From positions 25,937 through 89,936 of the forward strand of contig SHYY01000003.1 in assembly GCA_009692555.1 (NCBI GenBank): a stretch of 64,000 nt of DNA. Reading direction: 5' to 3'. The DNA is from Myxococcales bacterium (GTDB lineage: Bacteria > Myxococcota_A > Polyangia > Palsa-1104 > SHYY01). A program made the translations under genes and the position numbers. Shown here one piece after another: positions 56,877-64,000 of this stretch. Positions within the stretch are counted from its first letter, which is position 1, and every line of letters starts with the position of its first letter. The notes under the pieces are model-generated. The model was given only the letters and a program-made list of their open reading frames with translations. It was not told the origin of the DNA and ran no database searches.

Positions 56877-58211
56877 ATGGGGGACCCCCTGACCCTCGTC
56901 GCGGCCGCCATCGGTGCCCTGCTGGTCGTCGGTGGCGTGTGGTATTTCTGGTCGTCGGCGAAGCGCGCCAAGCGGCACCAGAAGGTGTGGGACCGCACGC
57001 AGCGCCTGGGCCTCACCGAGCCGGTGTCGCTGCATCCGAAGATCCGCGAGGACGTCTGCATCTGCACCGGCGCCTGCGTCGAGGTCTGTCCCGAGAAGGA
57101 CGTCCTCGGGATGATCGATGGCAAGCCGAAGCTGATCAACCCGACGGCGTGCATCGGCCACGGCGAGTGCCTGCGCGCCTGCCCCGTCGAGGCGATCGAC
57201 CTGGTGATCGGCACCGAGAAGCGCGGCGTCGACATCCCGCTGCTCGCCGATCCCGGGTTCCAGACCAATGTCCCGGGGCTCTACATCGCCGGTGAGCTGG
57301 GCGGGATGGGCCTCATCCATAACGCGATCAACCAGGGGCAGCAGGCGATGCGCGCGATCGCGAAATCGAATCCGCCGCGGACGCCGGGGATCCACCAGGT
57401 GCTGATCGTCGGCGCCGGACCGGCGGGGATCGCGGGCGCGCTGCAGGCGAAGGAGGCGGGGCTCGACTTCGCCGTCGTCGACCAGGAGCAGATGGGCGGC
57501 GCGCTGCGCTCCTACCCGCGGCAGAAGGTGGTGATGACCGCCCACGCGCACCTGCCGCTGTTCGGCAAGGTGAAGCTCACGCGCACCACCAAGGAGGCGT
57601 TGCTCGAGCTGTGGGAGTCGGTGTCGAAGAACACCGGGCTGACCGTCGAGGAGGGGGTGAAGGTGCAGGAGATCAAGCGCGAGGAGGACGGGACGTTCAG
57701 CATCGCGACCTCGACGGGGGCGCGGCGCAGCCAGCGGGTGCTGCTGGCGATCGGGCGGCGGGGCTCGCCGCGCAAGCTCGGCGTCCCGGGCGAGGAGCTC
57801 CCCAAGGTCACCTACCGGCTGCTCGAGCCGGAGCAGTACCGCGGAGCACGCTGCCTGGTCGTCGGCGGTGGCGACAGCGCGATCGAGACGGCACTGGCGC
57901 TCTCCCGCGAGCCGGGCACCCCGGTGACGCTGTGCTACCGCGGCGAGAAGTTCGACCGGATCAAGCCGGCGAACCACGATCTGATCGAGGAGGCGCGCGG
58001 GGCGGGGAAGGTCGATGTGCGGATGAAGACCACCCCGACGGTGATCACCGCGGCCGACGTGACGCTCGGTGGCGCGGGCGAGGGGACGATCGCGAACGAG
58101 TGGGTCTTCGTGTGCATCGGCGGCGAGCTGCCGACGGCGTGGCTGGCCAAGATGGGCGTGGCGGTGAAGCGGATGCACGGCGAGGCCCACCCGGCCCTGG
58201 GAGGGCGATGA
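56877..58211 (+). CDS. Membrane-anchored ferredoxin-domain + FAD/NAD(P)-dependent pyridine nucleotide-disulfide oxidoreductase-family protein
   Basis: It has an N-terminal TM (LVAAAIGALLVVGGVWYFW). Two Fe-S-type motifs follow: CICTGACVEVCP and CIGHGECLRACP. Then come VLIVGAGPAGIAGAL and CLVVGGGDSAIE Rossmann motifs. Confidence 0.85.
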   Translation: MGDPLTLVAAAIGALLVVGGVWYFWSSAKRAKRHQKVWDRTQRLGLTEPVSLHPKIREDVCICTGACVEVCPEKDVLGMIDGKPKLINPTACIGHGECLRACPVEAIDLVIGTEKRGVDIPLLADPGFQTNVPGLYIAGELGGMGLIHNAINQGQQAMRAIAKSNPPRTPGIHQVLIVGAGPAGIAGALQAKEAGLDFAVVDQEQMGGALRSYPRQKVVMTAHAHLPLFGKVKLTRTTKEALLELWESVSKNTGLTVEEGVKVQEIKREEDGTFSIATSTGARRSQRVLLAIGRRGSPRKLGVPGEELPKVTYRLLEPEQYRGARCLVVGGGDSAIETALALSREPGTPVTLCYRGEKFDRIKPANHDLIEEARGAGKVDVRMKTTPTVITAADVTLGGAGEGTIANEWVFVCIGGELPTAWLAKMGVAVKRMHGEAHPALGGR

Positions 58212-58993
58212 TGCGCGCGCTCCTCGCGATGTGGTGCGCGGCGCTCTGCGCGGCACTCTTTGCGGTCGGGGTCGGCGCGGGGGATGCCAGCGCCGATAGC
58301 GCCGGGAAGACCGGCGCCTCGGGGATGGGGGGCCTGCTCTGCACCGACTGCCACGGCGGCGGCAAGGCGCCGACGGTGAAGCTCACCGGTGCGGAGTCCG
58401 TGATGGCCGGCTCGACCAGCACCTACACGATCATCATCACCAGCGCGACGCCGAAGGGGCAGAAGTTCGGGGGCGTCGACGTGGCGACCAGCGGCGGCAC
58501 GCTCCAGGCGATGCAGGCCGACACGAAGGTGAGCGGCGGCGAGCTGGTCCACTCCAAGATCCTCGGTCCCGGCGACCCGATCCAGGTCCAGTTCCAGCTC
58601 CTCGCCCCGTCGCAGGCGGGGACGATCACGCTGTTTTCCGACGTGCTCTCGTCCGACGGATCGAACTCGCCGGCGGGCGACAACAGCGCCACGGCGAAGC
58701 TGGCGGTGCAGGTGGTGGTGCCCCCCGATCTGGCGATGCCGCGGCCCGACTTCGCGGGCTTGGATCTCCTGGGGATCGATCTCGCGGAGCCCCCGCCGCC
58801 GCCCGATCTGGCGATGCCGGTGGACCTGGCCTTCGTCCAGCCACCCGACTTCGCCACCGCGCCTCCGCCGAAAAAGGATGAGCCGCGCTGGGGCTGCGGC
58901 TGCCGGGTCGGCCCCCCGGGCGGCGGCCGATCAGCGACGATGGCCGTGCTGCTTTTCGCTCTTGTCTTCGCTCTCCGGCGACGGACGAGCTGA
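58208..58993 (+). CDS. Secreted monoheme (single CXXCH) protein with Ig-like body, PPDLAMP repeats and MYXO-CTERM-type tail
   Basis: The ATG overlaps the upstream stop (ATGA). It has a signal peptide and LLCTDCHGGG. The middle is beta-rich. PPDLAMP occurs twice. The C-terminus is WGCGCRVG...MAVLLFALVFALRRRTS. Confidence 0.7.
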   Translation: MMRALLAMWCAALCAALFAVGVGAGDASADSAGKTGASGMGGLLCTDCHGGGKAPTVKLTGAESVMAGSTSTYTIIITSATPKGQKFGGVDVATSGGTLQAMQADTKVSGGELVHSKILGPGDPIQVQFQLLAPSQAGTITLFSDVLSSDGSNSPAGDNSATAKLAVQVVVPPDLAMPRPDFAGLDLLGIDLAEPPPPPDLAMPVDLAFVQPPDFATAPPPKKDEPRWGCGCRVGPPGGGRSATMAVLLFALVFALRRRTS

Positions 58994-58999
58994 GCGGAT

Positions 59000-60010
59000 C
59001 TACACCCCGGACAGCTCGACCGTGCACAGCGTGGAGGGCTTCTCGGCGTCCTCCGGATCGATCACGATGAAGGCGCTCTTGTCGCTGGTCACCGCGATCC
59101 CCTCGGCCTTGCGCAGCGACGGAGATCCGTCGCGCTCGACCACCACGGAGTAGCGCGCCGAGCCATCGGGATCGATCACCCCGAGGCAGGTGCCGAGGCA
59201 CTCCCCGTCGACGTCCGCGTCCTCGGACCGCTCGGCGCATGCGATGTAGACGATCCGCCCATCTTCGAGCGTCGCCGCGTCGGTGAAGGTGAAGGGCACG
59301 CCGCCGATCTCGTCGAGGTCGTAGCGACGCACGTTCGAGAAGTCGGTCCCGAGCGTCGACGCGGGGTCGCGCTTGCAGCGGTCGAGGTAGCCGAGCAGCG
59401 CGTCGAGCCGGATGTCCACCGTCGCGTTGAGGCGCTGCCCATCGCCGCGCGCCTTCCCGTTGGCGCGGTGGAACAGCCGCACGCCGTCGCGACCGTCCAT
59501 CGCCTTCGGCAGGAGCGCCACGCCCTCGATGTTGAGGGTGGTGGTGGCGAACTCGGCGATCTCCTCGAGCCCCTGGTAGAACTTCGGCGTCTCGACCACC
59601 CCCAGCTCGGTGTCGCCGCCACCGAGGCGAACCCGTGCGATCCCGCGCCGCGACGCGGACGATCCGGAGCCGAACGCGAGGATGAAATCGCCGCGCCAGT
59701 CGCGCGCCGAGAGCACCGCCTCGAGCTGCAGGTGACCGCCCGCCTTGTCCTTGCCGCCGCTCGGCGAGCGCAGCCGGAAGCCCGCCGCGCCGCCGCCCGC
59801 CGCGCCATCGATCACCGCGATGTAGTCGGCGTCGTCCTGGATGACGAAGATCTTCTCACCCGACCACGCGAGGCCCGAGCCGGCGCGGACGTGGTGCGGG
59901 CGATCCGCCGGGGCCAGCTCGCTGCCGCCCTCGTAGCTCAGTGTGCGTTCGGACAGGATGCGCGCACGCAGCTTCGGGTCGCGCTTGGCGGTGAACACGG
60001 GGGCAGGCAT
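59000..60010 (-). CDS. Hypothetical protein (no signal peptide recognised; beta-rich)
   Basis: 336-aa ORF with genome-typical codon bias and no overlapping better candidate. I recognise no family. Confidence 0.5.
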   Translation of the reverse strand: MPAPVFTAKRDPKLRARILSERTLSYEGGSELAPADRPHHVRAGSGLAWSGEKIFVIQDDADYIAVIDGAAGGGAAGFRLRSPSGGKDKAGGHLQLEAVLSARDWRGDFILAFGSGSSASRRGIARVRLGGGDTELGVVETPKFYQGLEEIAEFATTTLNIEGVALLPKAMDGRDGVRLFHRANGKARGDGQRLNATVDIRLDALLGYLDRCKRDPASTLGTDFSNVRRYDLDEIGGVPFTFTDAATLEDGRIVYIACAERSEDADVDGECLGTCLGVIDPDGSARYSVVVERDGSPSLRKAEGIAVTSDKSAFIVIDPEDAEKPSTLCTVELSGV

Positions 60011-60065
60011 GGCGGGAATACTAGCGCACCGGGGGCGCGCGGCGGAAGAGCGGGGACGGGAGCTG

Positions 60066-62480
<2,415 letters not shown>

Positions 62481-62522
62481 GGTAGCCGACCGGCGGCGTT
62501 AGTTCAACGTCCTTGCGCGGGT

Positions 62523-63140
62523 TTATCGGCGGGCGGCGACGCGGGCGGCGAGGTCGGCGAGGTCCTCCGGAAGGGGTGCGCCGGCATCCAGTTGGGCGAG
62601 CAGGAGCGCCAGCGCGGAGCGCGCCACCGACGCGACGAGATCGGCGATCGGCGCGGGAGCTTCTGCTGCCGGCGCGGGTACCGGTGCGGGAGCCGCGGCG
62701 CCGCCGAGCGCCTCGAGGACGTCGGTGGCGTGCTTCATCACGTCGACGCGCGGGTAGATCTTCTGGACGATCCCCTTCTCGTCGAGGAGGAAGGTCATCC
62801 GGCCGACGCCCTGCCCGCGCCAGGCGCCCCACTCTTCGCACACCACGTGGCCCTGATCGGCCAGCAGCGGGAAGTTCAGGTTGAATTTGCCGGCGAAGGC
62901 CGCCTGGTCGGGCTGGGTGTCGGCGGAGATCCCGACCACGTTGATCCCGCGCGCGCGAAACTCGTCCATCGCGTCGCGGAAGCCGCAGGCCTCCATGGTG
63001 CAGCCGGGGGTGTCGGCGGCGGGGAAGAAGTAGACCACCGTCGCGCGGCCGGTCTCGAGCAGGCGGCCGAGCTTGATGTAGTTGCCCTCCTGATCGGGCA
63101 GGGCGAAATCGGGGGCGAGGGAGCCGACGTCGAGCGCCAT
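62523..63140 (-). CDS. bcp: Peroxiredoxin, Bcp type, with ~55-aa Ala/Pro-rich and helical C-terminal extension
   Basis: MALDVGSLAPDFALPDQEG...VVYFFPAADTPGCTMEAC has the TxxC active site and a CxxxxC resolving Cys. The start is set at ATG 63140. Confidence 0.85.
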   Translation of the reverse strand: MALDVGSLAPDFALPDQEGNYIKLGRLLETGRATVVYFFPAADTPGCTMEACGFRDAMDEFRARGINVVGISADTQPDQAAFAGKFNLNFPLLADQGHVVCEEWGAWRGQGVGRMTFLLDEKGIVQKIYPRVDVMKHATDVLEALGGAAAPAPVPAPAAEAPAPIADLVASVARSALALLLAQLDAGAPLPEDLADLAARVAARR

Positions 63141-63262
63141 GGGTGTCCTCCGGTCGGGGTTCGGGAGCGGCGGATTGTGGCACGGGGGCGTGCGGGCGGG
63201 GCAAAGATCGAGCGGCGCGCGGTGGAGTGCCGCGCTTCGGACTCCGGTGACGTGAAGCCCGG

Positions 63263-63697
63263 CTACACCGAGCGTCCGCGCACCTCGAGCCACCGCTCGA
63301 TGTCGGCGACAAACGCCTCGATGTCGTCGAGGCGGCCGAGGCCAGCGTGCACCTTCCGCAGATCCACCTTGGCGTAGTCGTGCACCAGCGCGGTTCGGAA
63401 GCCCGCCAGGCCCGCCAGCCGCCGCGCCGTCTCGGGAGCAATCACACCGAGCGCGGCGAGACGCGGAGGGATCTCCCGGTACTCATCGACAGCCTCCCGG
63501 AACTCGCCGGCGAGGATGTGTGCCCCCGCGTCGAACAGCGACTCCGCGGCGATCTGCAGGCCGCGCTCGACGGCCCACTGGACCATCAGGTCCTGCTCCA
63601 GCCGCTCGACGGTGAGCGGCTGCCACGACTGGATTCGCGCGACCGCCTGCGGGATCTCCAGCAGCTTGCGCCGCACGACCTCAATCTTGATCGTCAC
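63263..63697 (-). CDS. hepT: HepT-like (DUF86) toxin of a HepT/MntA type VII toxin-antitoxin pair
   Basis: GFRTALVHDY matches the Rx4HxY motif. It is ~144 aa and helical. The GTG start overlaps the upstream nucleotidyltransferase gene by 17 nt. Confidence 0.8.
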   Translation of the reverse strand: MTIKIEVVRRKLLEIPQAVARIQSWQPLTVERLEQDLMVQWAVERGLQIAAESLFDAGAHILAGEFREAVDEYREIPPRLAALGVIAPETARRLAGLAGFRTALVHDYAKVDLRKVHAGLGRLDDIEAFVADIERWLEVRGRSV

Positions 63698-64000
63698 GTT
63701 GCGCCTCCACCCGCCCGCGCAGGTAGGCATATTGCAACTCGCGAAGGTGGCGCGTGTCGAGGTAGCGCATGATCGCGGACAGCTCGAAGCCGGCCTGCTC
63801 GTCCTCGGCACGACACAGCAGCACCACGCCCTCGCGAATGATTTCGCGACACAGGAGCGGAGGCGCCTCGCCGAGCAGGACGAGGTCGACCGACCGGCCG
63901 GCCGCGGACGAAAGGGTCTCGCGGAGGCGCATCTCGGCGTCGCAGCCGAGCGCGGGCGCCAGCACGGCGACATCGAGGTCACTGCGCGCAGTCGCCTCGC
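63681..64000 (-). CDS. mntA: MntA-like minimal nucleotidyltransferase antitoxin (5' end outside the window)
   Basis: ...ATARSDLDVAVLAP...SVDLVLL... matches the GSxARG-x-SDxDxxV nucleotidyltransferase pattern. The reading frame is still open at the window edge. Confidence 0.75.
   Translation of the reverse strand, partial: EATARSDLDVAVLAPALGCDAEMRLRETLSSAAGRSVDLVLLGEAPPLLCREIIREGVVLLCRAEDEQAGFELSAIMRYLDTRHLRELQYAYLRGRVEAQRDDQD

Overview
This is a very GC-rich bacterial chromosome segment (roughly 70% GC by eye, not computed). Myxococcota hallmarks include MYXO-CTERM-type tails, an AgmX/GltJ-like protein, PEGA-domain Ser/Thr kinases and sigma54-type promoters. I support about 50 protein-coding genes, many joined by 4-nt GTGA/ATGA start/stop overlaps. 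I saw no rRNA, tRNA or CRISPR.

Main blocks:
1. 3.0-10.4 kb, minus strand: a chain of inositol-monophosphatase-family, HDAC-family deacetylase, HCD-type Ser/Thr kinase, divergent Thg1-like protein, TtcA and an AgmX/GltJ-like protein.
2. 10.9-16.0 kb: a MarR / BKACE / carboxyltransferase / acyl-CoA dehydrogenase / MaoC cluster.
3. 16.1-19.1 kb: two tandem NlpC/P60 + thrombospondin-type-3-repeat + MYXO-CTERM paralogs with collinear sigma54-like promoters.
4. 19.2-24.2 kb: ftsA and ftsZ, split by a Big_2 lipoprotein gene, a strong intrinsic terminator and a degraded group II intron.
5. 26.8-30.7 kb: a Tat-subunit / GMC flavoprotein / M20 peptidase / cytochrome c-prime operon.
6. 30.8-40.9 kb: a DUF58 / transglutaminase / MoxR / secreted helical protein / two TMTC-like GT-C+TPR genes.
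7. 41.0-47.0 kb: the most interesting locus. Three translationally coupled genes encode a polytopic membrane protein with two transmembrane His pairs, a putative outer-membrane beta-barrel, and a 746-aa cytochrome c with 30 CXXCH motifs. A perfect 57-bp tandem repeat and two sigma54-type pilin genes follow. I read this as a candidate trans-envelope electron conduit.
8. 47.1-55.1 kb: an island of GT-C-like membrane proteins plus a fused membrane/spermidine-synthase-like protein, which has a paralog at the window start.
9. 55.3-56.8 kb: an acyltransferase gene broken by an in-frame TAG, and a roughly 40-bp perfect inverted hexamer-repeat hairpin enclosing a four-helix-bundle (23S IVS protein) remnant.
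10. 56.9-59.0 kb: a membrane Fe-S flavoprotein coupled to a monoheme MYXO-CTERM protein.
11. 60.1-64.0 kb: a PEGA kinase, a Bcp peroxiredoxin and a HepT/MntA toxin-antitoxin pair at the window edge.

All functional calls come from motif and family recognition by eye. No database search was run.
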